Shown: positions 34,800 through 43,282 of the stretch, piece after piece | Layout: the number at the start of each line of letters is the position of its first letter | Numbering within the stretch: the first letter of the stretch is position 1 | Origin: Planctomycetia bacterium | GTDB taxonomy: Bacteria; Planctomycetota; Planctomycetia; Pirellulales; Pirellulaceae | NCBI GenBank assembly: GCA_031367855.1 | Contig: JANLQO010000454.1 | Span: 7,362-71,361, forward strand | DNA length: 64,000 bases | Direction of reading: 5' to 3' | Program-made: the position numbers and the translations under genes | The notes under the pieces: model-generated | Told to the model about the DNA's origin: nothing | The model's input: the letters and a program-made list of their open reading frames with translations, nothing else | Databases searched by the model: none

Positions 34800-35555
34800 T
34801 TGATCAATCGTAGCGCTAGAAACTCTCGGAAAATACTGAGCTTGACTCCAAGTGGTCGCACAAAGTACTGGATTTTTATACACTGTTCGACCACTGTTCG
34901 CACCTCGGCGAGGTCGCTTGCTGCTGAAATCGCCAGCGAAGACCTAAGTCCAGCTGAAAAGCAGCGGCGAATTGAAGCAGTACTGTTTCTTTCAAGAGAA
35001 GCGGTGAGTAGTAGAAAATTGGCGAAATTGGCTGGGTTGGCGGACGCCACCGAAGCGCGTACACTGGTCCGCCAGCTAAATCAGCAATATGAAGAAGATG
35101 GTCGCGTTTTTCGAATTGAAGAAGTAGCTGGTGGGCTGTCGATGCTCACTCGCCCGCAGTTTGCTCCCTGGTTACGACGCCTAGCACATCTGCCAAGAGT
35201 GACTAAGTTATCGCAATCGGCTATGGAGACACTGGCTGTGGTGGCCTATCGACAACCGGTTTTACGGGCGGATATTGAAGCCATACGTGGCGTTGGCTGT
35301 AGCGAAGTTTTGAAACAACTCATGGAAACGGAATTAGTTAGAATCAGCGGCCGAAGTGAAGAGTTGGGCCGTCCCTACCTTTACGGAACCACTAACCGTT
35401 TTTTACAAATATTCGGACTGCGAAGTGCCGATCGATTACCCCGAGCAGAGTGGGTGAACGAAGTCCGGTTAACTTCGCAAGCCAATGACAGAAACCTTGA
35501 ATCTTCGTTTGAACATGATCCAGGACAAGCTCAGAAGCAAAGGAGTCCACTGTGA
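34800..35555 (+). CDS. scpB: Segregation and condensation protein B
   Basis: ScpB blocks are present: IEAVLFLSREAVSSRKLAKLAG, GRVFRIEEVAGGLSMLTRPQF, LSQSAMETLAVVAYRQPVLRADIEAIRGV and GRPYLYGTTNRFLQIFGL. The start is uncertain, because the track ORF begins at a TTG and there is no ATG in the N-terminal region. Confidence 0.8.
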   Translation: MINRSARNSRKILSLTPSGRTKYWIFIHCSTTVRTSARSLAAEIASEDLSPAEKQRRIEAVLFLSREAVSSRKLAKLAGLADATEARTLVRQLNQQYEEDGRVFRIEEVAGGLSMLTRPQFAPWLRRLAHLPRVTKLSQSAMETLAVVAYRQPVLRADIEAIRGVGCSEVLKQLMETELVRISGRSEELGRPYLYGTTNRFLQIFGLRSADRLPRAEWVNEVRLTSQANDRNLESSFEHDPGQAQKQRSPL

Positions 35556-35941
35556 AGATGAGCTTTTCGGCGACAGCATTAATTACCCCCTCCATCGATG
35601 AACTACGCGATACAATTTTGACTTCGCAGAGAGTGCGCGCTGAAATCGATGATGACGACGACTTCGATGACGACGATGATGATGTCGCGGATGATGATGA
35701 AGACGACTTCGAAGACGAAGACGACGAATTAGAGGAAGACGACGAAGCGGAAGCTGAAGTAGAAGGTGAAGAACTCGCCGACGACGACGAAGAACTCGAA
35801 GAAGAACTTGAGGATGAAGAAGAGGATGACTGGGAAGAGGTCGACGACGAAGAAGACGATGATTGGGACGACGACGAAGACGACGACGACGAAGACGACG
35901 ATTGGGAAGAGGATGACGATGAAGAGGAAGATTGGGACTGA
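35552..35941 (+). CDS. Extremely acidic protein (about 30-aa N-terminal segment + 97-aa Asp/Glu tail with four Trp)
   Basis: The GTG start at 35552 overlaps the scpB TGA stop (GTGA). It lies 6 nt downstream of an AAGGAG Shine-Dalgarno sequence (35540-35545). A terminator-like hairpin follows at 36008-36045. Confidence 0.6.
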   Translation: MKMSFSATALITPSIDELRDTILTSQRVRAEIDDDDDFDDDDDDVADDDEDDFEDEDDELEEDDEAEAEVEGEELADDDEELEEELEDEEEDDWEEVDDEEDDDWDDDEDDDDEDDDWEEDDDEEEDWD

Positions 35942-36007
35942 CCCCAGCTTCGCCTAAGTCACTGCAACCCAGCGTTTGCAATTTGCCTAATTCTCTCATT
36001 ATCATTA

Positions 36008-36045
36008 AGCCAGCTCTCGCGCCGCGAGCGCTGGCTTGCTTGTTT
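36008..36045 (+). terminator. Intrinsic-terminator-like hairpin after the acidic ORF
   Basis: AGCCAGCTCTCGCGCCGCGAGCGCTGGCT forms a GC-rich stem with one mismatch and is followed by TGCTTGTTT. Confidence 0.5.
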
Positions 36046-36052
36046 CACAGAG

Positions 36053-36133
36053 GGTGGCACGCCCCTGAGTCTGCGAAGGGGGTGGCGAATTACACACCAA
36101 TCACGCCCTTCTAAGATTCAGGGGCGTGCTACC
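36053..36133 (+). promoter_or_regulatory. 81-nt extended hairpin upstream of the hemX-like/hemA operon
   Basis: The outer arms GGTGGCACGCCCCTGA (36053-36068) and TCAGGGGCGTGCTACC (36118-36133) pair over 16 bp with one G-U. The inner arms GAAGGGGGTG (36075-36084) and CACGCCCTTC (36102-36111) pair with one mismatch. The structure ends 26 nt before the ATG at 36160. Confidence 0.4.
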
Positions 36134-36159
36134 CAAAACAATCAACAAAGGCGCCACCT

Positions 36160-37074
36160 ATGCTGCCTGGTGTCACCGTCACCTGCTTTCTGCTTAGTTA
36201 TCTGATTGCATTGCTGCTCGAACTGAGCCGTTTGGCGATCCGTTTTCCTGGCCGCAATGTGATCCTGATCGGCATGCTTGGACTCGGCTGGATCGCACAC
36301 ACCTTGTTTCTGATAAATCAACTGAGCGCGAGCGCGGGCGGAGAAACCCCGCCTCAGTGGCTCTCAAGTTGGTTTCAATGGGCGATTCTCGGTGCCTGGG
36401 GCCTAGCTGGTACTTATCTGTTTCTGCTGATTCGCAATCCACAGTCCGCGATAGGCGCCTTCATGTCGCCGCCCATTCTGGCATTGATTTTCCTGGCGAT
36501 GATGGTCCGCAATGCGCCTCCGTTCTCGCCGGAAACGACGGCGGGCTTGTGGCGATCCATTCATGGTGTGAGTCTGCTGATAGGTACGATGTTCATCTGT
36601 TTTGGAGTCGCGTTTGGGGCAATGTACCTCGTTCAATCACGTCGACTCAAATCGAAGCGTCGACCATCGAAGGGCTTTAGTTTGCCCACGCTCGAGTTTC
36701 TTCAGTCGATGAACCGTATGAGCCTGTTTGTCTCGGTGATTGGACTTGGGCTGGGCATGATTTCTGGCGTGGCGATGAACGTCGGAGAAGATGGCAAAAT
36801 CGCTTGGCTAAGCGGCGGAATCGTGTTTACCTTCGCGCTGTTCGCTTGGTCGCTTGCCGCAGCGACCATGGAAGTGACTTCGCAGAGTTCGCTCGGTGGT
36901 CGCCGCACGGCCTATTTAGCGATCGCGAACTTTGTATTCTTATTAATCGTGCTAGGAATTGTCTTATTTTCTTCGCATGGACAATCCAAAAAAACGGCTG
37001 CACCAAGCTCGCCGGTGAGTTCGCAACGTGATAACGCGGGTCGAACCCCAAGCTTGGCGGAGGTAGCCGTCTAA
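36160..37074 (+). CDS. Cytochrome-c-assembly family membrane protein (HemX/YpjD/CcsA-like)
   Basis: This is a polytopic membrane protein. The pattern RSIHGVSLLIGTMFICFGVAFGAMYLVQSRRLKSKR...LPTLEFLQSMNRMSLFVSVIGLGLGMISG fits the PF01578-type family. Its stop overlaps the hemA start (TAATG), as in hemA-hemX gene pairs. Confidence 0.6.
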   Translation: MLPGVTVTCFLLSYLIALLLELSRLAIRFPGRNVILIGMLGLGWIAHTLFLINQLSASAGGETPPQWLSSWFQWAILGAWGLAGTYLFLLIRNPQSAIGAFMSPPILALIFLAMMVRNAPPFSPETTAGLWRSIHGVSLLIGTMFICFGVAFGAMYLVQSRRLKSKRRPSKGFSLPTLEFLQSMNRMSLFVSVIGLGLGMISGVAMNVGEDGKIAWLSGGIVFTFALFAWSLAAATMEVTSQSSLGGRRTAYLAIANFVFLLIVLGIVLFSSHGQSKKTAAPSSPVSSQRDNAGRTPSLAEVAV

Positions 37075-38354
37075 TGTTCTGGAGAATGATTGGATGCAGT
37101 CATCATCGTACGCCGCTGGAAATTCGCGAGAAACTGGCTTTTTCGCCCGCACAAGTTCGGCAGGCGTTAAGTGTATTCGCTGCCCGTTTTCCAGAAAGTG
37201 AATCCGTACTGCTCAGCACTTGCAACCGCGTCGAACTCTACACCGCGACGCAATCCCTGCAACGCTTGCCGAGCGCCAGCGACTTGAGCGGATTTCTCGC
37301 CGACTTTCACCAACTGCGGGTGGAAGACTTTCAAGAACAACTCGGTACAGCCGAGGATGAGCAAGCGATCAAACACTTGTTCATGGTCGCCTCCAGCCTC
37401 GATAGCATGATTGTTGGCGAAGCCCAGATTTTGGCTCAAGTGAAAAGCGCTTATGAGTTGGCATGCGAAGGCGCATCGGCCGGCGGTCTAATGCATAGCG
37501 CTTTTCAACGCGCCACCGCTGTGGCGCGTCGCATCGCGAACGAAACCGAAATTCATCGCCGTCGAATCAGCGTACCCAGTGTCGCAGTCAGCGAAATCGC
37601 AACCCAATTCTTCGAACGTTTTGACGACAAACGCATCCTGCTCATCGGCGCTGGCGATATGGGTACCGAAACGCTAAAGTATCTCACCGACGCCGGTGCC
37701 AAACAGATTCGCATCGTCAATCGCAATCCCGAGCGCGCAATCGAGTTAGCCCATCAGTTTAATGCCATTACGGCGCCTTGGGACGCATTGGAAACCTGCG
37801 TCCGCGAAGCGGATTTGGTGGTTTCCACCACCAGCGCCCCCGAACCCATCTTCTCACTAGAACGATTCAAAAAGGTTCTCCATCGACGCAAACGACGCGC
37901 GATCTTGATTTTGGATCTGGCTGTACCGCGCGATTTTGACCCTGCGATCTCCGACCTGCCCGATGTGTATGTATTCAGCGTCGATGATTTGCAGAAAGTG
38001 TGTGATCGCAACATCGAGCTGCGCCAAAATGAGTGGCCAAAAGCCGAACGAATTGTGCAGGAAGAATCTCAAAGGTTTATGGCGGAAATGATCCATCGCG
38101 GCAGCGGGCCAACCATTAAGCTCCTACGCGAACAAGCTGATCGAATCAAGCAAGAAGAACTTCAGCGACTGCTCGGGAGATTGCAAGCGCACGGCATCAA
38201 CGAAAATGTTGAACATGAACTTTCGGTATCATTTGAACGTCTTGTCAACAAATTGTTGCATCCTCCCTTGCAATCGCTACGAGAAAACGCTGACACTTCG
38301 CACCATGCCAGCCTGCTCGACGCTCTCCGTAGGCTCTTTCAACTACGGGAGTAG
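37074..38354 (+). CDS. hemA: Glutamyl-tRNA reductase
   Basis: Motifs are CSHHRTPLEIREKLAF, the catalytic-Cys motif LSTCNRVELY, DSMIVGEAQILAQVK and the NADPH-binding ILLIGAGDMG. Confidence 0.9.
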   Translation: MFWRMIGCSHHRTPLEIREKLAFSPAQVRQALSVFAARFPESESVLLSTCNRVELYTATQSLQRLPSASDLSGFLADFHQLRVEDFQEQLGTAEDEQAIKHLFMVASSLDSMIVGEAQILAQVKSAYELACEGASAGGLMHSAFQRATAVARRIANETEIHRRRISVPSVAVSEIATQFFERFDDKRILLIGAGDMGTETLKYLTDAGAKQIRIVNRNPERAIELAHQFNAITAPWDALETCVREADLVVSTTSAPEPIFSLERFKKVLHRRKRRAILILDLAVPRDFDPAISDLPDVYVFSVDDLQKVCDRNIELRQNEWPKAERIVQEESQRFMAEMIHRGSGPTIKLLREQADRIKQEELQRLLGRLQAHGINENVEHELSVSFERLVNKLLHPPLQSLRENADTSHHASLLDALRRLFQLRE

Positions 38355-38402
38355 CGCTGCCAACTACGGGAGTCGAGCTGCCAACTACGGGAGTCGAGCT
38401 GC
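38340..38402 (+). repeat. 3 x 21-bp tandem repeat spanning the hemA stop codon
   Basis: The units are CAACTACGGGAGTAGCGCTGC, CAACTACGGGAGTCGAGCTGC and CAACTACGGGAGTCGAGCTGC. Confidence 0.85.
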
Positions 38403-38448
38403 TCGAAAAGTAGCGTCTAGGGTAGAGTTCTGTCTACAATAGCGTGCC

Positions 38449-38472
38449 GCGACGCTCCGCCGTCGCGATTTT
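38449..38472 (+). terminator. Intrinsic-terminator-like hairpin downstream of hemA
   Basis: GCGACG-ctccgc-CGTCGC is followed by GATTTT. Confidence 0.4.
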
Positions 38473-38544
38473 CCCCGCTCACACGCGATCGATAAGTTTT
38501 TCTGCACGCTACGTGCCTCAAGCCTTAACACGGAACTCCGCGCC

Positions 38545-40308
38545 ATGTCGAACTCAACACGCATCGCCTGCAAAGTCGCCATCGCTTGCAGCCTCATCGC
38601 GCTACTAGCCAGGCCCGCATGCGCTCAACCAGTCACTGCCGCGCATTTGTTGCCCAAGTCAACGGTTCTCTACACTGAGATCGCTGAACCGCCGAAGTTA
38701 CTTGAACTTCTACTTCACCATCCACTGCGATCAAAGATCGAGCAACTACCAGCCTATCGAAAAGCGATCAAGTCTCCGGAATTTCTAAAGTTCCAACTCG
38801 GCGTCGGCCTATTTGAAGGCCACATGGGTATGCCTTGGAATGAAGCCCTGGCTGCCATCGGTGCTGGCGGCGTTTATTTTGCCTTCGATGCCAAATCACA
38901 AGGCGCAGCGGTACTGCTCAAAGCCAAAGACCTCGAGACGTTGATCAACCTGCGCAAGGCCGTCTTTCAAGTGATCCAAGTCGCTTCCCAGGCCGAAGGC
39001 CAACCGGATCCCATTAAGAAAGGCGAGTACCGTGGCCTGACAGCATATGAAGTTAACAAAGTAAAATTAATCGCCCTCGATTCCTGGTTGCTGATCACCA
39101 ACAAAGATGAATTGGGCAAACGCATCGTCGACCAACATTTGGACGGCGGTAGTGAGACGCTTTCCCAGCACGAGAAGTTCGTTGCAGCTGCGGCCACCAA
39201 ACCGGAATCCGTCACCGCTTGGTCGTTCACTGATATCGCCTCGATTCGCGACGCTGGAGCACTGAAGGATCTCTACAGCGGTCGCACCGACAACATCGTC
39301 GCCGAAATGCTGCTCGGAGGATTGGTCAGCAATCTTAAAAACACTTCTTACAGCACGGCAGCGCTTTCGATAGATAATAAACAAGCGCACTTGTCAGTGC
39401 GCACGCCACACACCGCGGGATGGGCTGTCGATCGCGAGTACTTTTTCGGACCCGACAACAGCGGTCAAGCTCAAGAACCGATCGTTCTGCTGGATAGCAT
39501 ATTTACGTTAAGCACTTATCGCGATCTCTCTCAAATGTGGCTGCGCGCCGGAGATCTCATGACCGATAAGGCCAACGATCAACTCGCCCAAGCCGACAGC
39601 CAACTGACTACCTTTTTCTCTGGCAAGGATTTTGGAGAAGACATTCTCGGTTCACTCTATCCCGAATTGCAAGTCATTGTTACGCGACAAAACCCGGAAG
39701 ACTTCGTAGTCAAACCAGCCATCAAGTTACCTGCTTTCGCCATAGTTGCCCGCATGCGCACGCCGGAAGCAACGGTGCCGCAGTTCCGTCGCGTATTTCA
39801 AAGCTTCATTGGTTTCATCAATGTCCTAGGCGCTATGAACGGACAACCACAATTGGATCTCACCATGGAGTCGACTGACAAAATGAAACTCATCGCGGCG
39901 ACCTACGTTCCGGAGCCCGAAGATAAGGACTCACACGCCAAGATCAATTTCAACTTCTCACCATCGCTTGTCTTCGCCGGCGATCGCATGGTCCTAGCCA
40001 GCTCAAGACAGCTCGCCTCCGATCTCATTGAGGCCGAAGCTCCCGTCGCTATAAAAACGGAACTTACCGGGCCCAGGCCAAACACGGTTGCGTTGCTAGA
40101 GGTCCCTACGCTGCGCGAAATCCTCGCAGACAACCAAGCCCAACTTGTCGCCCAAAACATGCTCGACAAAGGTCACTCGCAAGCAGCCGCCGAGCAGGAG
40201 ATCGAGATCCTCATGTTAATCATCGACCTCTTCCAATCCGGCGATATTGCTCTGTTTACCGCCGCCGATTCTCTGCGATTGGATGGCACATTGCGATTCA
40301 AAGAATGA
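38545..40308 (+). CDS. Secreted hypothetical protein (587 aa)
   Basis: It has a signal peptide (IACKVAIACSLIALLARPACAQP). I recognise no catalytic motif. It may be DUF3352-like, but I cannot verify that. Confidence 0.5.
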   Translation: MSNSTRIACKVAIACSLIALLARPACAQPVTAAHLLPKSTVLYTEIAEPPKLLELLLHHPLRSKIEQLPAYRKAIKSPEFLKFQLGVGLFEGHMGMPWNEALAAIGAGGVYFAFDAKSQGAAVLLKAKDLETLINLRKAVFQVIQVASQAEGQPDPIKKGEYRGLTAYEVNKVKLIALDSWLLITNKDELGKRIVDQHLDGGSETLSQHEKFVAAAATKPESVTAWSFTDIASIRDAGALKDLYSGRTDNIVAEMLLGGLVSNLKNTSYSTAALSIDNKQAHLSVRTPHTAGWAVDREYFFGPDNSGQAQEPIVLLDSIFTLSTYRDLSQMWLRAGDLMTDKANDQLAQADSQLTTFFSGKDFGEDILGSLYPELQVIVTRQNPEDFVVKPAIKLPAFAIVARMRTPEATVPQFRRVFQSFIGFINVLGAMNGQPQLDLTMESTDKMKLIAATYVPEPEDKDSHAKINFNFSPSLVFAGDRMVLASSRQLASDLIEAEAPVAIKTELTGPRPNTVALLEVPTLREILADNQAQLVAQNMLDKGHSQAAAEQEIEILMLIIDLFQSGDIALFTAADSLRLDGTLRFKE

Positions 40309-40389
40309 GCAAGTCAGTGGCCGAGTTGCTCCGCAACTCGCAGCCATTTTCTGAATATCGGCCATGTTGCTGCAGGTTGCCGATTCATA

Positions 40390-40641
40390 TTAAAGCTTCG
40401 CGAATCGGAAATCGAGGTTGTGTAGTCTCAAATCGCCTCGCGTGACCGCGATCTCGATCTTCCCAGCAGAGACTACATGTGTCCCTGGGAGGGCCGTTAC
40501 GCGAACCGCGTAGCCGCCAGTTTCCGCCACTGAGCCAAAGCGGTATTGGCCGCGTGCATTGGTGACCGTCGTATCGATCACTTCGCCAGCAGATGAGTGA
40601 GGATTGAGAAAAGTGGTAAGGGCTACTTGAACGTGTGCGCC
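40390..40641 (-). pseudogene. Isolated SdrD-B/Cna-B-like domain fragment (remnant of a surface-protein gene)
   Basis: The frame is open only for 83 codons: GAHVQVALTTFLNPHSSAGEVIDTTVTNARGQYRFGSVAETGGYAVRVTALPGTHVV... The sequence matches the V.V.L...G.vI.TT.T...G.Y.F..L..G.Y.V pattern of Cna-B-type domains. An in-frame stop precedes it and there is no plausible start. Confidence 0.45.
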
Positions 40642-41066
40642 TCAATTCCGAAAGGGTGAATCGGTTATCGGCGTGTCACAGTTTATCCCATGCGTCTTGG
40701 TTAAAGGGCTTGCAGGGGCTCACTTCCGCACCCGATCGACTTATGGCAATCTTAGTCAGCGAATCTGAAGCCTGCATGAAGCCACCCAGGATGCTGTGAG
40801 CTTTTTACCAGAAATTTTTGCGGACGAACTCAAGAGGCATGCGGCTAACGAATGTCAAGCAAAGTACGCCCATGGCGGTGCAAGTAATTCGTCGCATCGG
40901 TCGCTAGTAGCATTCCTGAGCGTGCTAACAATACTGCTGGTTTATCTCGCAGGCGAAGAGTTTCTGTCCGCAGCATCAACATGCGAGAATGGATCTGGCC
41001 GTGTCGATAGACCACTCTTACACGTTGCCCGTTTCTGTTTGTGACCTTTTGCTACGGAATTGTTGT

Positions 41067-42248
41067 ATGGCTTTTCTCGCTGGAAGTCTTGGATTCGAAC
41101 GCTTTCAAATCAACGGAGACACCCCTGCGGAGTTTACCCAAGAGCACCTGGATACTCTCGAAAGTCTGAGCAGCGGCAAGTTTCAATCCACGTCGGAAGA
41201 AACCGCTCAGGTGGGTTTCATCGGTGGTCAGCATCTGTTTGATCAAACCTTTGAACTCCACAAAAACGTCATCAATGGCGCCCTCCACTGCGCTGTTCGA
41301 ATTGATACCAATCAGATTCCCTCGGCAATCCGCAAAGCCTGGATGCAGATGGAATTGAATGCCTTAACGGCCGAGAATCCCGAGCGTCGGCCGACAAAAT
41401 CGCAACGGCAAGAAGCCAAAGAAGCCGTTGACGCCCGCTGTGAGATGGAAGTCAAATCCGGCAAATACCATCGCATGGCGCAGTTTCCGATTTTATGGGA
41501 TGCGCAGTCGAGTATTTTCTACTTTGGCGGATCAAGCCCTTCGGCTTGTACACACACGGCCGACTTGATGGAACGCGGATTCGGTATCGAACTGGAACGC
41601 ATTACTGTCGGCAAGCTGGCGCAGAACTGGGCCACTCGTAACAATCAGGTCGACGCGTTTGAGAGTATTTCGCCAGCGATCTTCCATCCGTCGCATCCCG
41701 GTTGTGAAGCCCATTGGTCGAATGCCGACTCGCGGCTGCCCGACTATCTTGGCAACGAATTCTTGATGTGGCTGTGGCACAATACGGAAACCGAATCGGA
41801 CACCTTTGCGCTAAAAGACGGTTCCGAAGTCACGGCGATGTTTGCTAAGAATTTGGTGCTCGAATGTCCGCTAGGTGAATCCGGTAAGGAATCGATCTCA
41901 TCCGAGATTCCAACCAAATTGCCCGAAGCTCTGGAAGCGATCCGCACCGGTAAGATGCCTCGCAAAGCCGGTTTAGTTTTAGTGCGTTTTGGCCAGCAGT
42001 ATGATCTGACGCTGCAAGCCGAATCGTTTTCGATCAGCGGTGCAAAGTTACAAGCGGACAAGGAAGCACAAGGCTCCGAAGTGTTCGAAAGCCGCATCGA
42101 CGCGATCCGTACATTGAACGAAACCGTCGACTTGCTGTTCGAATCGTTCTGCCAATTGCGGGTGTCGAAAGAATGGGACAAACGACTCCAAAATATCACT
42201 CAGTGGATCGCACCCCATAAAGCCGCCAAGAAACGCCCGGCCGCATAG
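41067..42248 (+). CDS. Hypothetical protein, possibly RdgC-like (recombination-associated)
   Basis: 393 aa counted from the ATG at 41067 (MAFLAGSLGFERFQING...). The resemblance to RdgC in its N-terminal pattern and acidic/basic segment layout is weak and by eye only. No firm motif was found. Confidence 0.4.
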   Translation: MAFLAGSLGFERFQINGDTPAEFTQEHLDTLESLSSGKFQSTSEETAQVGFIGGQHLFDQTFELHKNVINGALHCAVRIDTNQIPSAIRKAWMQMELNALTAENPERRPTKSQRQEAKEAVDARCEMEVKSGKYHRMAQFPILWDAQSSIFYFGGSSPSACTHTADLMERGFGIELERITVGKLAQNWATRNNQVDAFESISPAIFHPSHPGCEAHWSNADSRLPDYLGNEFLMWLWHNTETESDTFALKDGSEVTAMFAKNLVLECPLGESGKESISSEIPTKLPEALEAIRTGKMPRKAGLVLVRFGQQYDLTLQAESFSISGAKLQADKEAQGSEVFESRIDAIRTLNETVDLLFESFCQLRVSKEWDKRLQNITQWIAPHKAAKKRPAA

Positions 42249-42379
42249 CACCAGGAAGGCAGCTAACGGCCTAAAGTAAGTGGATATCAGCCGCCTGTGA
42301 AAACTCTACCGAATTGCCTAGGGCGGCAATCTTCAGGTACGATGCGCAAGTTCAATTCAACGATCCTCGGAGATGAAAC

Positions 42380-43165
42380 ATGCGCATCGTGTCGATTCGT
42401 CAACATTTTTTGGCTTTGTCCATTGGTTTACTGGCTGCAAACTCAGTGGTTCGAGCGGACGTTGGCGTCGCAGCCAAACCGCTTCCGGGCGCCGAAGTCA
42501 TTCTTGATGGCTCGCGCGCAATGCTTGACGCCAAGTGGACCTATTGGGAAGGGCCACGCTTTTCTAGCTCGCTGCCGATCAAATGGAAAGTCGTTGACGA
42601 CCCAGTCGACGGCGGTTCCGCCATCATGACCGACGATCCTGCCGCAGCGGGTGGCAAGTACGGCGCTGCAGATATTGTGACGAAGAAAGCCTACAAGGAC
42701 TTCCGGTTGCACGTAGAGTTCTTGATCATCAATCCCGGAGGCAATAGCGGCGTTTACTTGCAGAATCGCTTCGAAATTCAAGTGCTCGATGGCGACAAAA
42801 CCAATCATGGAATGGCGGCGATCATCAACGAGGCCGCGACGCCCTACGAGATTTACAATGGGCTTGGAAAGTGGAATGCGTACGACGTTACGTTTCGCGC
42901 CGCTCGATTTAAAGACGGCAAGCTCACCGAACAACCGCTAGTGACCATGTACTTCAATGGTAAGAAAGTGCATACCAATCACAGCATCACTAAAGTTTGG
43001 GGTGGACCCAACTCTGGCATCGACGGCGGCAATGAGGGTGGCAAAGGCCTTACCGACGTGCCGGGCGGGTTGAAACTGCAAGCAGAGGGGCATGACGTCC
43101 GCTATCGCAACATCTGGATCAAAGATTTGAATCTTGAAAAACCGGACACGGATTTCAAAGAGTAA
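42380..43165 (+). CDS. DUF1080 (3-keto-disaccharide hydrolase-like, LamG fold) secreted protein
   Basis: It has a signal peptide, then the DUF1080 hallmarks DFRLHVEFLI, GNSGVYLQNRFEIQVLD, WNAYDVTFRAARF and LKLQAEGHDVRYRNIWIKDL. Confidence 0.8.
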   Translation: MRIVSIRQHFLALSIGLLAANSVVRADVGVAAKPLPGAEVILDGSRAMLDAKWTYWEGPRFSSSLPIKWKVVDDPVDGGSAIMTDDPAAAGGKYGAADIVTKKAYKDFRLHVEFLIINPGGNSGVYLQNRFEIQVLDGDKTNHGMAAIINEAATPYEIYNGLGKWNAYDVTFRAARFKDGKLTEQPLVTMYFNGKKVHTNHSITKVWGGPNSGIDGGNEGGKGLTDVPGGLKLQAEGHDVRYRNIWIKDLNLEKPDTDFKE

Positions 43166-43282
43166 GGCGAGCCCAGCTTTTCCGCGCTAGAATTTGCATT
43201 ATTCTCGACGTATCAGGCAATTCTCCGCGTTTCATGCCGAATAGTTTGCAACTGATGAAATCGTACTCAACAGGGTAGCCGC

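Noticed and set aside
35583-36005. A 140-aa Arg/Leu/His/Pro-rich ORF antisense to the acidic gene, and a +2-frame Lys/Thr-rich ORF at 35766..35957.
   Set aside because: Both are mirror or shifted readings of the GAn-rich codon run. Only the acidic frame has a Shine-Dalgarno sequence, translational coupling to scpB and a downstream terminator.
38340-38402. Tandem direct repeats here, and the 24-nt direct repeats at 10459-10512, considered as a possible CRISPR array.
   Set aside because: The units are contiguous or separated by only 6 nt, with no unique spacers of 25-40 nt. There are only 2-3 units, and the window contains no cas genes.
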